From: Podarcis melisellensis
Lineage: Eukaryota
Strand: one strand, 5' to 3'
Length of the DNA: 64,000 bases
NCBI GenBank assembly: GCA_964234715.1
Contig: OZ174292.1
The notes beneath the pieces were generated by a model, which saw only the letters and a list, made by a program, of their open reading frames with translations, was not told where the DNA came from and did not search any database. Shown one piece after another: positions 10,601 through 25,637 of the stretch (position 1 is the first letter of the stretch; every line of letters starts with the position of its first letter). Made by a program: the position numbers and the translations under genes.

Positions 10601-13600
10601 TCATGTGCTAGAACACAGCACTGATCATGGATAAGGCAGGAAACGGAACTGAGATGAAGCTGAATGTGGCCAAAGCCTGGTTGCCTGCTCCTGCCTGTTC
10701 TGGGCAGTGGGAGGAGACAACCCATTATGTGGATGCTTCCGTCCCACTGGACAGAGAATGCTATTCCATTTCAAATAAAATCCCAGCTCCCTAGTCCATA
10801 GGATGTGGGGGAAAGCTTAGCATCCTGGCTCCCAGCCCCCCCAGAATCAGCCATGTCCTGTGGCTTTCCAGTTTTTAGAGTTCTTACTGGCGCTGGAGAA
10901 CATGTTGTCAAACTCAATGATGAGGTCATCTTCACGGTCAAAGCGCTCAAAACGCACCAGTGGGGAGGCATTCATATCAGGGTAGTCTTCATCTAACTCC
11001 ATCTCGGAGCCATCATCGTCATCTTCCTCCTCTTCGCCTTCCTCACCTTCTTCATCATCCTGGAGGGAAAGTTATCACCAAACACAAGGCTAAGCAAATG
11101 CCGGCTAGAATATGGCACCCTGAATACCAGTCTTCATACCTCCTCACTCCAACTTTAATCACTCTTCCTTTACCTGGAACCACAGACTGAATCAATGAAA
11201 TTTTTGGCTCTCACTATAAAATATTCTAGATCTAAAACCTAGCTCCCATTAGCTCCCCAATAAAAACCTATTACATGCTGTCCTCAATTGTGACCACCCT
11301 TTCCCTGTTATTTTTGACATCTGCCCCACAGCCTCCTATGTTAAGATCATAAAGCATCCACTGGAAAGACTTCTGCACTGCCTTTCCTTCAATGCCCTTA
11401 CCTGGTCATCTTCATCCTCCTCCTCCTCTTCTTCCTCTTCATCCTGACTATCATCTTCATCCTCATTGCTGCCACTGCTGTCTTCCTCCTGTGTGTGCTC
11501 CTCTTCATCTTCAGGATCCAGAATATTCATAGAATCTAGAGAAGATTAGAGAGTGTAGCTATGGTGAATTGGCCCCTGCAGGTTAAGCAAAGATTCTTCC
11601 AGTTACCTTTCTGGCAAGTTCTATCTTCAAACTCCTTTTGCCAGACAAGCAAAACCTCACAAAGCCAGATCTCAGGAACCTCCCCCTCCTCCTGCTTCTC
11701 TTACGAGAGCGCAAGCCTATAACAACCCTTCTGCATCATGCTAGTTCACCCTTCTCTTGCACTTACCCCCCTCCCCCTCCAGGGACTATAGGCACTTCTA
11801 CTGATTCCATGTAACATCGTAGGCAATGCCTCACCTTCCCTGTTGGCCTGTAATGTGGAAGCCTGGCTGAGATTGGACGGTGCCTCATCCATCAACACAT
11901 CCTCCTGAGACTCATCCTCTCCACTTCGGCCCACTGAAGGACATAAAGGAAGTGTATAGGGCTTAGCAAAGTTATGAGCAGACAACCCTCTCCCTTTAGA
12001 GGACCTTCTGGGCAGTCCCTAAACTTGATGGCCATTTATCTTTGAGTGCCCGTTATGGTCCTGATGTGATGCTGCTTTCCATATACAGATGGCGATTTTC
12101 TTGGCAGATATAAAGCTACCATGTCAAGCCTCTTGCCTCTCAGAAGTCACCCCACCCACCAAGAATTGTATAGGAATAGATTATCTCTATAATGGGCGAA
12201 AAAGCAACACAGACATATGTCTGATACAGCACCCATGCTGTGTGATAAAGAAGAGCTGCAGGGAGGAGGAAGAGAGAAGAACAGTAGATGATCTCTACCT
12301 GGAGTGGTCTTATGAGGTAGGATTCTCTACAGCAAAGCAAAAAATGCATTTGGTTCCCTCAGAGGCCACACAGAGGGGGAAAGGCAGAGAGTCCAGAGAT
12401 CCTGAAGGAAAGTTATGAGGCAAAGTGTTGGGGCTTTGTACTCACCTATTATTGTACTATTCCCTGAGCCACCATCCTGCTCTAAAAGCTCATCGATCAG
12501 GTCCTCTAGCTCATTTTCCACCTAGAAGATGGTAAAGACAAACACACTGGTGATCTCCAGTTCTTTACAATCAAGTCTCAAAACCGTAAAACAAACTGCA
12601 TCACCCTGACTTCTGAAACAGGTCTGATTTGTGCTCTACCCAAGTCAAATGCTATATACGACAGGTAGCCCAGCCTTAGGTATCACAATCTAAATTAAGC
12701 AAGCAAAGGGTCATTTCAGTTTGTGCAGCTATCCAGATTGTACTCATTAATCTCAGAGCAAAGATGTGGTCAACAAAAGTCTTCATTTACACACTCCTCT
12801 GCATATAGCCCTAAATAAAATGCAACTTTAAGCAACACAAGCAGGAATGGAAGCGATCCCAGCTATATGTCACCAACATCCCATGCCTTAAAACCTGTGG
12901 CCACCTCCTGCATGCAATACAGGCAGGGTCCCTACAAGCCACCATCAATACCTGCATCTCCTGCGTGCTCAGCACCTCAGGCTGTCCAGCAATCACCACG
13001 GCATCACTCTCCGTTTCACCATCCATGATGTCACCATCTGTCACTTCTGCTTGGGCAACATCATGGTCCTCCTCCGGGGCCTCTGCTTCCCCGCTCTCCC
13101 CTGTAAGTCAAGGTCTCAATATTACCCTCTCAAGTCATCCTTGAATTAGCTTAAGTGGCAGACAGACTAATGGAGGCTCATAATGGAAGTCAGAAAAATT
13201 CCAGGCCAAGGAAAGGAGGGGATGGCAGGTGTGGATCTTATTGTGGAAGAGGTTGATGAAAAATCACAGAGAAGAGGTACATGACCCATAAACAATGGAT
13301 GCTGAGGATGGCATACCTGCATCTTGTTGGCCACTGTTGGCATCTTGTGCTGCTCCCTGAGCATCCTGCTCCGCCTTGCTCTTGCTCGAGGCACTTTTGC
13401 TACCGAAGAGACTACTGGGCTGATTGACAATTCGTGATAACGTTTCCAAGGGTTTCAGGGCTGCATTTACTGTGTTGGCCATGTTGGGACTTGGAGGAAA
13501 AACACATGCCAATATGAGTTTCCAGACTGTGAACAAAGGTCTTAATAGCAAAGCTAACCTTAGCTGGGGTAGAACGAAGAGAAATCTCTAGTGGGAAGAT

Positions 13601-16600
13601 GTCATGATTCTGCCTGCTCTCTCAATATGCCAATTCAATTATGTTCTAGAGATAGGAAAAAAAACTTTCTAAGGCCAAATCTTAATGGAAGGGATTGTAT
13701 CTGTCTTCTACATTTAGTCTTGTACTTGTCCCCTACACCAACTGTTCAACATCATCCCTGATCATGAAGGAGGCTCCGCTCCATCTCCTTGCGGTTAAAT
13801 AAGTCACATACCTGGACAGATCAAGGCTGTGAGGCACCCTGGCCAGGTCATTGACCAACCCCTTCTTGAGGAAGAGGCGGATGATGTTGTTCATGCCATT
13901 ATGCTGGGTCTTTGCTGTGGCATTGCTGTAGAAGCTAGAGGTGGATGGGCATGATTCCATAATGGTGCTGATGATGCACATGACAGCTTGCAGCCTAGAG
14001 AGTGTCAAAGCGGAAAGTGACATTTCTTTGCTTCCAGAACAGTGTCATGCTTAGCAAATCCTGCAATACCCTGCCCCAATCCCTGTAACAGGAAGGATCT
14101 ATTTTCCTGCAGCAAGTATTCTACTTTAGTAAAGTGACAGAGAACCTCCAGATATTCTATAGCTCCCATCCCCCCTGCCATTAGCCATGCTGGCTGGGAC
14201 CGATGGAAGCTTGTGTTCAACAACTTTTGGCAGGCCGGAAGTTCCCCATTCCTGATTTACGAAATACTGTACCTGAAAATTTTATACAGTCGTACCTTGG
14301 CTCCTGAATGCCTTGGTAATTGGACATTTTGGCTCCCGAACGCCACAAACCCGGAAGTGAGTGTTCTGGTTTGCTAACATTATTTGGAACCCGAACGTCC
14401 AACGTGGCTTCCGATTGGCCGCAGGAGCTTCCTACAGCCAATCAGAAGCCATGCAATGGTTTCTGAACGTTTTGGAAGTTGAATGGACTTCCAGAACGGT
14501 TTCCGTTCAACTTCCAAGATACGACGGTACTACTAAAAAGAAACATGATTTAGTCAAGACCTTTGCTGGGGTGCAAAGCTACAGGAACCTATTACAGGAG
14601 AGTTGTAATACAACATCCTCTTCTCAAGTGCTAATCAATCCTCAACATCTTCCAGCTCACCTGGCATGCTTTTCAGTACTCTCTGTCATGGCCAGTGCCC
14701 GACCCAGGGCTGCCTTCACCTCATTCACCAGGGCCACCTGGGCATCTGTGCCACTACCTGCTGCAGCCAAGCTGGCTAGGAAGAGGCGCGCCAAGGCTGG
14801 TGTATCTTTGTCTTCTGCATTCTGGGTGTGAGGGAGCAAATGGTCCAGCACAAAGGCCAACACACTACAGTCCTGAAAAGACAAAATGAAAGATAGTAGC
14901 GAGAGCAGGCCAGGGTGGCCTAGTCATCTTCTTTCATCAGCAACTCCTCCTCCCAAGCAGTCTACCCAAACTCACTCCTCTTCTCTGGAACCTAGCAGTG
15001 CTGGCCCCAAGTCTTATTTTGCATTTACCCCACTCCTAATCCACAGTTCCTTAGGTCTGTTTTGTTCTTCCAGGGCTTCTCACCTCCTTTATCAGCTCAG
15101 ACTGGCCCACAGTATAGTTGTAGTTGGCAATTAAGGTGGCAATGCCAACATATGAGCGCACAAGCTCTGCCAGCAGCCTCAAGATGGTGGATGTAGGCAT
15201 AAGTGGCTTGCTTCCCTTAGCCTTCTGCTTGTTCTCCTCTGCTGCTTTATCACCCTCCTTATCCTTCTTGTTTTCTCTTGATTCTTCAGGAGTGGAGGCT
15301 GTAGGACACAAGGGAAAAGGAAAACCAGTGAAAGAACTGCTCCCTGCCTCCCCACACCCCACCCCACCAAGTTTCAGGAGAGACATGGTTCCAGTATGGC
15401 AGATGGGGTTTGATCTCACTTTCAGGAAAAAGACTGAGCAGGCCCCATCTTTACAACTAAGTGAAATGAGACTGGCGTCCCAACACTTGAAGTGATTGAG
15501 CAGGGGGATGTCATTCTGGGTCTGTTTTAATCAGGGACTAGTATTTCCAATTGCAGGATAGCTTCAAGGGAGATCCCCGGAGAGGCATTAAGACAACAAA
15601 GGTAAGACTTACCATCTCCTTGGGGAGTTCCAGACTGGGGAGTCTCAGCAGCTGCACTATCAGCAGCAAAAACCTGAGCCTAGAGAAGAAGAACAAAGGC
15701 AATGAACAAAATGGTGCTGAATGGCCTAAAGTCCACCAACAGAGTTCCACACATGCCAAGGCACTACAGTTTTCACTGCCACCTGCTACTTTGGAGCAAC
15801 AGAGAGGTGGAATACACAGAGGTCTCAAACTGTAAGAAACCAGAGGAGCAGTCAACATCTAAACAATGCTTCAGATACAGTCCACAACCCCCAACGACTG
15901 AAAACCTCAAAAAGCAAAAGGAAATAAAAGAGCCAAAAATTAGATGATATGGGATTTATGATACTGCTGCAGAAAAAATGGCTTAATGATTTTGACAGCT
16001 GATAGATGTTACTGTGGAGTTTGGGTTTTTGCTTCTGGCAGACTCACATTGATGCCAAAGCCGGTCTGAGAGTCAAAGTCACTGCCCTGGCGGGTTAGAG
16101 AGCGATACTGCTGGTACATATCGTCTCCAATTTCTTGCAGGATCTGGCTCATCTCCTGGTTAGTACTGCTTGCCTTGGGTTCAGACTTGTCTGCTGGAGA
16201 GGGGAAATGAAACCATGACCACCATTGACAATGTCTCTTCAGAGAGCCGTTATACATATATACATGGCAAATTCAAAGTGTTTATTTCAAGAAGCTGGTG
16301 TGGTGTGTATCTTACACCCAATTCCATGATCTGAAGACTTGCTGAAAGAAAAGCACTTTGTTATTACTAGTCTTTTGGGGATGGGAAGTGAAATGGATAA
16401 TACTGGGTTCCAGCTTTAATAAAAAGGACTGATCAGAAGGGAGCTTCTGTTCAGGCAACATGAAGTCCTCCTCAACAGAACGAGGCCCTTGGTTCCCCCA
16501 TGCATAGAAATTCCCACCCACCCTGTCCCAGGCAGTCATGTACCTTCATCAGGGGCATGGTAGGCAGCCAGAGCATTCAGCATGTCATAGATCACCTCCT

Positions 16601-19600
16601 TGATAGTGTCAGGTATGACAGGCAGCGGTGAGGGCTTTACTGGAGTGGTTTTTACCAGCTGCACAGCGTTGGGGCCCTTGATCCGCAGGTTCTCGAATTC
16701 GTCATCAGAGGCTTGGGGAGCAAAAGGAGAAATAATAAAAAAAACTAGAGCAGCCAACACTGGTAAAGGAACCTGGGACTTAAGGAGGGAAGGGGCTTAG
16801 TTCTTTGCGATTTTTCCAGCTGCTTTTTATTTTGGCACCAAGATTACTATAGGATTCATACTTCTCTTCTATCCCTGACCCAGATCTCCTTCTACCTCAA
16901 ATTATGAAGAAGTTCCATGTGCAAATGGGCACACAGCATTAGCGCAGACACTGTAGGAAAACCAGCAGGGTTTTGAATTACTTACCAGTTCCAGAGCCAC
17001 GGGGAGCAGGCAGGGCAATGCGAATGCAGCCATTGGCCACCTCAGTGAAGATCTCTGGGTTGCGGCAAGCAGCTGGGCCCAGCACTCGCAAAATGTAGTT
17101 GATCTCCCGAGAGCCCAAACTGCCTGACACAACACCTGAAGTTGTGCTGCCTGCTCCACTGGTGGCTGCTGAGCGCACAACCTGAAACAGACAAAAAGAG
17201 AAATGTGTGTTCATACTGGCAATTGAAAAAGCCAGTTCTACTGGACAAGTCAATGGGTATTTCAGGAAGCCTGAGTAATTACTGAAGCAGCAAAACTTTC
17301 CATATGCTGTCTGAGCTGAGTCAAGTCTCCTCTTTAGTGTGCAAGACCTATACAGAAGAAAGCTTCTACCTTCTCTATGGTGAAGTCAGCAGAAGCAAGC
17401 CATACCTTCTCCATGGTGTGATGGAGTGTGCAGGGATCCTCAATTATGTGTCGGAAAAGAAGGGTGACAAGAGGCGTGAAGCCGTTGAAGCCAGAGCTCT
17501 GCGTGAGACCCAGGATCATGCGTGTGCTCTTGAGCTCTGCAAACATCATGGCGTATTTGTGGTGGCGGGTGAGGCGCAGACAGAGGCGCAACGTGGCGTG
17601 TAGTGTGTCCGGTTCCACAGGAACACCCAACATGCTGACACAGGCACGGATCAACACGGTAACCATTTCCTCTGTCAGGCCCTGGATGAGGATCTCTGAT
17701 GGTTTGGCCTCTTCTGAAGGTGCTTCCTTCTCCAGGGTGAGGCTCTCAGTAGAAGCAGGGCTATCTGATGAGGGAAGATAAAATAGGTCTGAGGTTACAA
17801 GTTCCAGTCTCCTACTCTATAGGAAACCCAGTGATGAGACTACATATTCAGTACCATTTGCTTTCTCCTCCTTTGGCTTGCTTTCAACCTCCTTGCCTTC
17901 CTCCAAGGTTCTCTCCAGCTCTTGTCCATTGCCCTCTTTCATACTCTTACTGAGCCGGGGCACCCTGAGCAAGGTCAACATTACTGGACGCCTGTTCCCA
18001 GTTTCTTCATTCACCTGATTAAGGAAACAAGAGGGAGGTTAAGACTACCATACTCCATGTGCCCAACGACCTCAGAGAACACCCATGACAACATTCCCAA
18101 TGCCTATACCTGCACCATTGTAGTGAATTGCACAGTATAGCGCCGGCGGCCAGCAGTGAAACGAACACTGGTCTCTCCTGCTTTCCACGCTGTGTCGATG
18201 GTGCTGTTGTTGCTTGCACTATAGCTACACCAACGGCCTGAGCGATCGTCAAACCAGCGCCAGTTGTTGCCATTGGCTTGGAGGTACTGGAGAGAAAGAA
18301 GACAGATTCTTAGCATTTGCAGACCTACACTGCAGTTCTCTCCATGTCTACTCAGAATTGAGATCCATAAAGTTCAATGGAACTTGCTCCCAGTTCTAAT
18401 AAAAGATTGCAGCCTGGTTGTATCAGGGCGTATTGCAAATGCCACAGCTTATTTGCCGTGCACACTCACAATTCCACAGTGGCCAGGATCCTTTCTCCCA
18501 GTCCCCTTCGTAATAGCTTGCATTTCCCACACCACCACCCTGAGCTCATACCTTGTTCATCTGGGCCCTCCTCTTGGAGGAGATAGCTGTCTTCTCATAG
18601 AAGTCAATCAGCAACAGCACTGGGGTGATCCACCTGTGGGAGGCAAGTTAATTACATCAGCTAAGGCATCCAACAAAATATATTGCATGGGTTCCTAAGC
18701 CAAGATACTGCAGCCATTTTTGGGACTAAAACCCTGCCAAGAAAACAGTAGCAAGACCTTCTGGACTCAAGGAGGGAGGTAAACCCAATTTCATTCCAGG
18801 TTAGTAACTGCATCCAGCATTATTAAACCATTATGTATTTCATTAGGTACAAATACAAAACTGGTAGCTTCTCCAGAAAGACCAGAAGCAAAACCCCGGT
18901 AATGTATATCAAAGTGTGGGTAAGCCTGGCTTGGGGCTTTCCAGCTCCACGCTATATCCTGTTTTGTTGCTTACTTTGGTGTCTGCACTTCCTTTTGCTC
19001 CTTGGCAGCTTGCAGGCAGGGCTGCACCACTTCTAGCAGTTTGATCAGAACGTTGAGGATGCCGCTAGATTCTACAACACGAGCACATGGCAACTTAAGC
19101 TCCTGCAGGGAAACAAAGGTAAAGAGGTTGGCAACCATGCAGCAGACAGGACTAATTGGAGCACAAACTGACCATTACGTTCAAAGTTCTAAGTGTTATC
19201 ATCACTTCAGAGCCAAGTGAAGGGGAGTGTGAGGCATTTTCTTTTCAAGTGCATGCTCTATTGTACAGGTCCTCAGCGTAGTTCACATCAACCTCTTTAT
19301 CAACCTCTTTATCCAAAGTTTATTGACGTGTTTTTTGATATACTGTAAGCTGCCCACACTGGCTGGGGAACCCCAGCCAGATGGGTAGGGTGGTAATAAG
19401 AATAATAAGAATAGTTGATGATGATGATTGAATGAAAAGCACAACTGTCCTGTAAAAAATTACCCCATCCCACACAACTGTATGCTGTAATACAGCATTC
19501 CTCAACCAGGTGCCCTCCAGATGTTAGCAACAGCTCCCATCAGTGCCAGCAAGAATTTGGAAGGCATCAGGTTGGGGAAGGCTGGCCTAGTAGAATGCAA

Positions 19601-19647
19601 TCTGTAGCTGTGTTCACCAAAGTTATTTGAATTTGAGTATTCTGTGG

Positions 19648-19689
<42 letters not shown>

Positions 19690-22600
19690 TATCCTTGAAA
19701 AAAGGAATATTTCAGTGTCAAATATGAAATACGAATATGTTAATGTTATATAACACATACAGACACTGCTTAACATATAGATGCAGTTACAATGGAAAAC
19801 CCTAAATGACAAAGTATCATGAACTAGAGTGATCACATCCACTCTCTCTATCAAATAATTACATTCCGTATGCTCTATATCCTGGACTTTGTGAGAAGTG
19901 AGAAACATCTAGTGATTAAAGCAATGAAACAGCAAGAGAGGGCTATGAGATAAACACTATATGTAAAGAGCAATCCAAATTCTATAGGAAAACATGATAA
20001 CCATCACCTCAAAGGCTTGAAAGTCCAGTCCTGACCCTCCAACCCCACCCCAGGTAAAAGTTGAACAAAGACATGGGTAACTGGTGGGGGTGGGTACGTC
20101 TCCTTTCCCTTTCCTTGGACTCACCTCAAAGAGTAAAGTTAACAGCAGGATGCGTGTGGCCAGGTTGGAGGCCTGTGGCAGGGTAGCCATCTGGCTGATC
20201 CACTCTGAGACAGTCTTGGTGTCGCTAGTGGTGAGGGGCAGAGCTGCTTTTATGAGGACATCAGCAGCTTCCCACACCTGCCAAAGAAAGGGCATGTTAT
20301 GAATAGAGTGGATTATCAGCAAGATAGCCTTTCTTGGACACTAGTCTTAATCCATTACAGAACATCCAGAACACAATGGCACTAAGGTATTTGCTCAGAA
20401 GGCTATGCTGCTAGGCCCTACAGGCATCTGGTGGCAACAGGAAGTTAACTGTTCTAAAATTTAGACCTAAGCATATCAAACACTGACCTCTATGAATTCT
20501 ACCTGGAGACATGAACTTGTTAATTTGTTATATCTTGGGTTCCACATTATCTCCCCGCTGCCCCCCAGCTACTTAAACAGAGTTTTCCCCACTGAGATAA
20601 ATGCTTATGTTTCAAGAGAGACATATAGCATATATATTCAGGTATCCCCCCACTTATGTGTGTTCAATTCATGTGTGACCGCGCATATGCATGGCTCCAG
20701 AAACCTGGAAGTGGGGGGAGATACCTGATGACCCTCAGCAAAGCCCTGCTGCGCCTCTATCTCGTGAGGAGACCCGCACTGAAGGGGACATCTTTCAAAC
20801 TCAGGGGATGGTCTCTTCGTGAGCCAGAGGCGTAACAGGGCTTTGCTGAGACTCCCAGCTAACAGCTGATGTGTGTCAAAGCGGTTGCTGCTGCGCCTTC
20901 CTGAGCATCGGACAGAAAGCCCTGCTTTGCCTCCGGCTCACGTGAACAAGTGGCAGCGGGTCTTCGTGACCAGCTCAGCTGATGCATAGGGAAGAAACTT
21001 CTTCCACACACATCAGCGGGGCTTTGTTGAGCTGACAGGCAACTCCCCATTTTATGCAATTTCAGTGATACGTGCAGAAATTCGGAATGTAACCGGTACG
21101 TAAATGAGGAGTCGCCTGTATCATTACACCTGAGTTACCCATGTGTGTACACATCTACCTCAAAGCCTCTGTGGCCAACTGAGCTTTCTGTTTTATACAC
21201 AAAGAGGAAAACATCCAGTTTTCAATTGGGTTCTTGATTTTTCCTAATGTATTGTACATTAAGCAGTCCTTGGGAGTACTTTCATCCAGCACACATCGTG
21301 CAGCCCAATTCAGGTATTATCTTCCAGGATCTCAAATCCAAGCTCTAACTGAACCCAATGCTTGCAGCCTGTTTTCTAGATTGTCCCTGGAAACCTCGTG
21401 AACTTAAGTACCTAAAGAAGCCTTTTCCTGTTCTAGAGCATCTTGGATAATCACCTAGGCTAACAGAGAACTGGGATAATGCAGTCTTGTTCAGAGCAAG
21501 AATAGCATAAAATGGACTGGGTATTGTTCAGGACACCTCCCACTGTAAAGAGATTGTGTGGTCTTGGTAGATACGCTCACCTGATTCACCACTTGCTTGA
21601 GGATCATGTCTCTGTAGTCAGCACCATTGCGCTTGATGGCAGTCATGATGAGGTCGCAGACACGGTACACCGTGTCTGGCAGCTCATCCAACAGGTGGAA
21701 GCAGCCAGGAAGCATGGTGTCTGTAAAGCTGTGCAGCTCTTCTTGCTCCAGAGGTTCAGCATCCTGGAACTTCTCTAGACACTTTGCCTCCTCCTCCTCT
21801 TGCTTCTCCCTGGCCTTACGTTCTTCCTCCTCTTTTCGGCAGGCAGCTTCCTAGAGAGCAGAAATGGCTGGTTATAAATATTGCTTTCACAGCACCACTG
21901 ACTCACCTGCCTACATCCCTCAAGGATAAGGCACGGTTCCTCTGCCATTTGCAGCTGTCCTATTATTACCAAAGAAAATTGAGTCTGTGATATTTACATT
22001 GTCACGACCACAGGTTCTCACCACATTTCTACAACCTTTGAATTCCAGGATGCATATGCCAGCCTACTCCCGACTTCTTTCCAAAAACCTCACAAGTATT
22101 CCTTCAACCCAGAACTTTATGGAATCCCCTTATGATGCCTTTACCTCTGGTGATTCAGCTCTTTGGTCCATGGGGATGTCTTGTCCCAGTGACATAGCAA
22201 TGGCCCTCATCATTTGATCTTCTTCAGACATACTCAGATCCTGTCATACAACACAGAAATAACCCTGTGAGGTTACAGAACTCAATGCAAGGGAAACTAA
22301 AGACTTCTCCAAACAGTCTACAGGGCCTAAATTGCAGAATTCAAGTAGGAAGAGACCTACCCTTTGGGTACACTGCTTACACAATCCTCCTGGCTAAGGC
22401 CACCACAACTACATTAAATTAGCTAGCAATACACATTTTCCTTCAGAAGTATCAAGCTGGAGAGAGTGGCAGCCCAGGAATATGCCCTTCCCCTTCTACT
22501 TAGTCTTAGCTGCTAAGTGGCCTTACCCTAACAACACCACCCATAAGTGGAGGAGGATGGGTCAGCAGATACTCTGTAGCTTGTTCCATGGTGCTGGTAT

Positions 22601-25599
22601 TCAGCAGAGCTTCCATGGCATGCTCCCGTGTAAAGCCCATATCCATCAACTGAAGAGAGAGAGACAGGTTTTTAAAAGATCAGAAATGCAGACTGAAGAG
22701 ACTGTTGTGGAAGACACAGTTTGGATGGAGTATCTCTGGATGGGAGGGTGCTCTTTTGTGGAATGGTGGAATAAAGTTGATTTCTACCTGCTGCAGCTGC
22801 TGTTGGTTGACCTGGGGCTCCCTTCGGGCACCACCTTCCTCTTGCCCTGCCTCCTCCTCACTGCGTGCTCCTTCTTTCTCCTTCCCAAGGCGCTCACGGA
22901 TGACAGGCTCTCCACGCAGGATGTGGCACAGAATGGCCAACATGGACTCTGCCATGCGTCCTCCATATACCTTCAGTGGCTTGCGGTTCCATAAGTTCTT
23001 GATGCAAGTGAAGGCTGCCTGCACCACGGAGAAAGAATTAGCAAACTTAGTCCTACTTGGATTACATTCCTTGGAGCAGAAGGTGGCAAAATATGTGTCC
23101 GTGTGGAGGGGAGGGGAATCATTCAAAAAGAAAAGAGCAAGAGATTTCTCAGTATGGTGTATTCCACATTAAGTAGCAAATTCTGTGCTTGCAGGGAATT
23201 GTGCAACACAAAACCCTGGGCTAGGGGTATTAACAGAATTAAATGTTTATAATTTAGCATTTATATAGCATTTTGAACTCTCTATAAAGCGTTTGATGAA
23301 CAGGTTTGTTGTAAGGACTACCGAGAGCACCACATAGGTCAGCTTTATTAGACTATAACATTAGAATAAAATAAATGATTTGAGAGTCCTTGCCACAATC
23401 AAGTCACATTGCACCAGATTCTGGTATAATGGTGCCTATAGACCTATAGTATAAGCTAGATAGGAGAGGCTGCTCACCTTCTGTGTTACCACGAGGAAGC
23501 GCAGGGCACTGAACTGCAGGTAGTTCTGCCCACCTGGCAGCTTGGCAGGCAATGAATGGGGAGATTCCAGCACTGTGGTGGGATTCACCATTTTCTCCAC
23601 CAGCATAAGCCAGGCATCCAGAAACTCTCCTGTGCCATCAGGTAGGTCTGGGTGTTCCAGGCCCTCAGCGACAGGAACCTTGCCACCCATGGATAGGGCC
23701 CAGTTGAATGTTCTAAAGGAAAAAAGGAATGAACACAAATAGTGTCACAACCTCTAAGCATTTGGACTTGAATGTTTTTCCTACAGGATCCCACCATGTT
23801 ATGCACCCACATTTGGGCCCCATTTATTGATCTTCCCACTGACTTGAAAGTTACTTTTCACATACTCCTTGTGCCACCTCCATCAGCCACACAATTAGTG
23901 TCATTAACAACGTATGTTATATTAAGTAATTGAGCAAACAATGGATGACAGAGGTCTTAGTTTTCAATCTCATTTTTTGACTACAGCACATAAAACTACA
24001 GAACCTTCAAACCCAATTTTCAGTCTCCTACACTAGAAAAAGTGGCGTGCAGTAGATAAATGCTTACTCAAAGAGTGCGTTGTGGCCCCCTGAGCACAAA
24101 AATTTCTGCAGCATTAGGTGGTAGGGATACTTCCGCTCATCAAACAACATTGGCGAGGTGAAACCCACAGAACAGATGAAAAAAGTCAACCTAGAAGAAA
24201 AATAGATTTCGATAGTTAGGCTGATGATTCTGCAAGATTTAACACTCAAACATTCTTTGAGTCCCAGCACCTCAGGAAGAGTATTTACAAGCACCCAAGT
24301 CTAAAATTTCCTTTCTTCCTGCAAACACTGTGGAACTTGAGATCAATTTATAGTAGACAGGACTCACCGGAAGCGGGGGGTGGGCGTGTATGGTGGGGGC
24401 TGCCAGGAAAGCCCCTTTGTGAGTAGTTTGGTCAGTGCTGATGCTGTCGAGCGAGCAGCCGGTGTGGGAGCAGTAGTGGTGCTAGCAGCATGGTGGCTCC
24501 GGCGTTGTCTTACTGGAGAACCCACACACAGCTTGACCAGCAACCCAAACAGTTCAGCCAAGGCACGGCCTAACCTAGACGAAGCTGAGATACAGAGAGA
24601 GAATGAAGAACTAATTTTCTTTACTTGCAGGAACTCTTGGTACGAGTAAACTGTGCCAAAATAAAGAAGCTTACGAGGACTTTCCACCTGGTGTTGGCAT
24701 AATCTCCAATTTCCTGCTTTACTGAGAACCATAAACTTATAAAATCATAGAACTGGAGAGGTTCAACTAGCCCAACCCCCTACAATGCAGGCATCTCAGC
24801 TAGATCATAAATGAGATGATTATCCAACCTTTGCTTAAAAACTTCAAAGGAAGAACAGTCCACCACCTCTGATAGGAGTCTGTTCTACTGTTAAACAGTT
24901 CTTACTGTCAGAAAGTTCTTCCTGATGTTTAGTAGGAATCTCATTTATTGTAACTTGGAGCCTTTGGTTTAGGTCACACCCTCCAGAGCAGGAGAAAACA
25001 AGCTTGCTCCATCTTTCATGTGACAGCCCTTTAGATACTTGAAGATGGCTATCATATCTTCTCTCTCCTCTTTTCCAAGCTAAACATACATAACTTCCTC
25101 AACCGTTCCTCATAAGGCTTGGTTTCCAGGCCCTTGACCATCTCTTGGTTTCCTCCTCTGCACGTTTCAACTTGTCAATATCCTTACTAAATTTTGATGC
25201 CCAGAACTGGACACATCATTCCAGGTGTGGTCTGACCAAGCCAGAATTGAGCAGGACTATTACTTCCCTTAATCATCTTGAATCCTGATTCTATCTTCTG
25301 AGGCATTAGCTACCCTTCCCAGTTTGGTGTCATCTGCAAATTGGATGAGCAGCCCCCCAATTCCTTCATCCAACTTGTTTATAAAGATGTTGAACAACAG
25401 GCCCAAGGACCCTGTGGCACGCCACTGTTTTCCAGGATGGTGAGGAGCTGTTACCAGCTACAAACCCACCTAAGAGTTACCTCATCCAGCCCCCATTTCA
25501 CCAGCTTTTCTGCAAGAACAGCATGGGGGACATCAAAAGCCTCACTGAAATCAAGATACACTATGTCCAGCGCATTCCCCTGATCCACCAACCTTATAA

Positions 25600-25637
<38 letters not shown>

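Noticed and set aside
16892-16899. Minus-strand TGAGGTAG (let-7 5' end); also at 21155-21162 and 46325-46332
   Set aside because: Only the 8-mer matches; downstream sequence is not let-7-like and there is no complementary arm
22482-23172. Long plus-strand ORFs opposite HUWE1 exons (here and elsewhere)
   Set aside because: Antisense shadows of real exons, with no independent coding evidence
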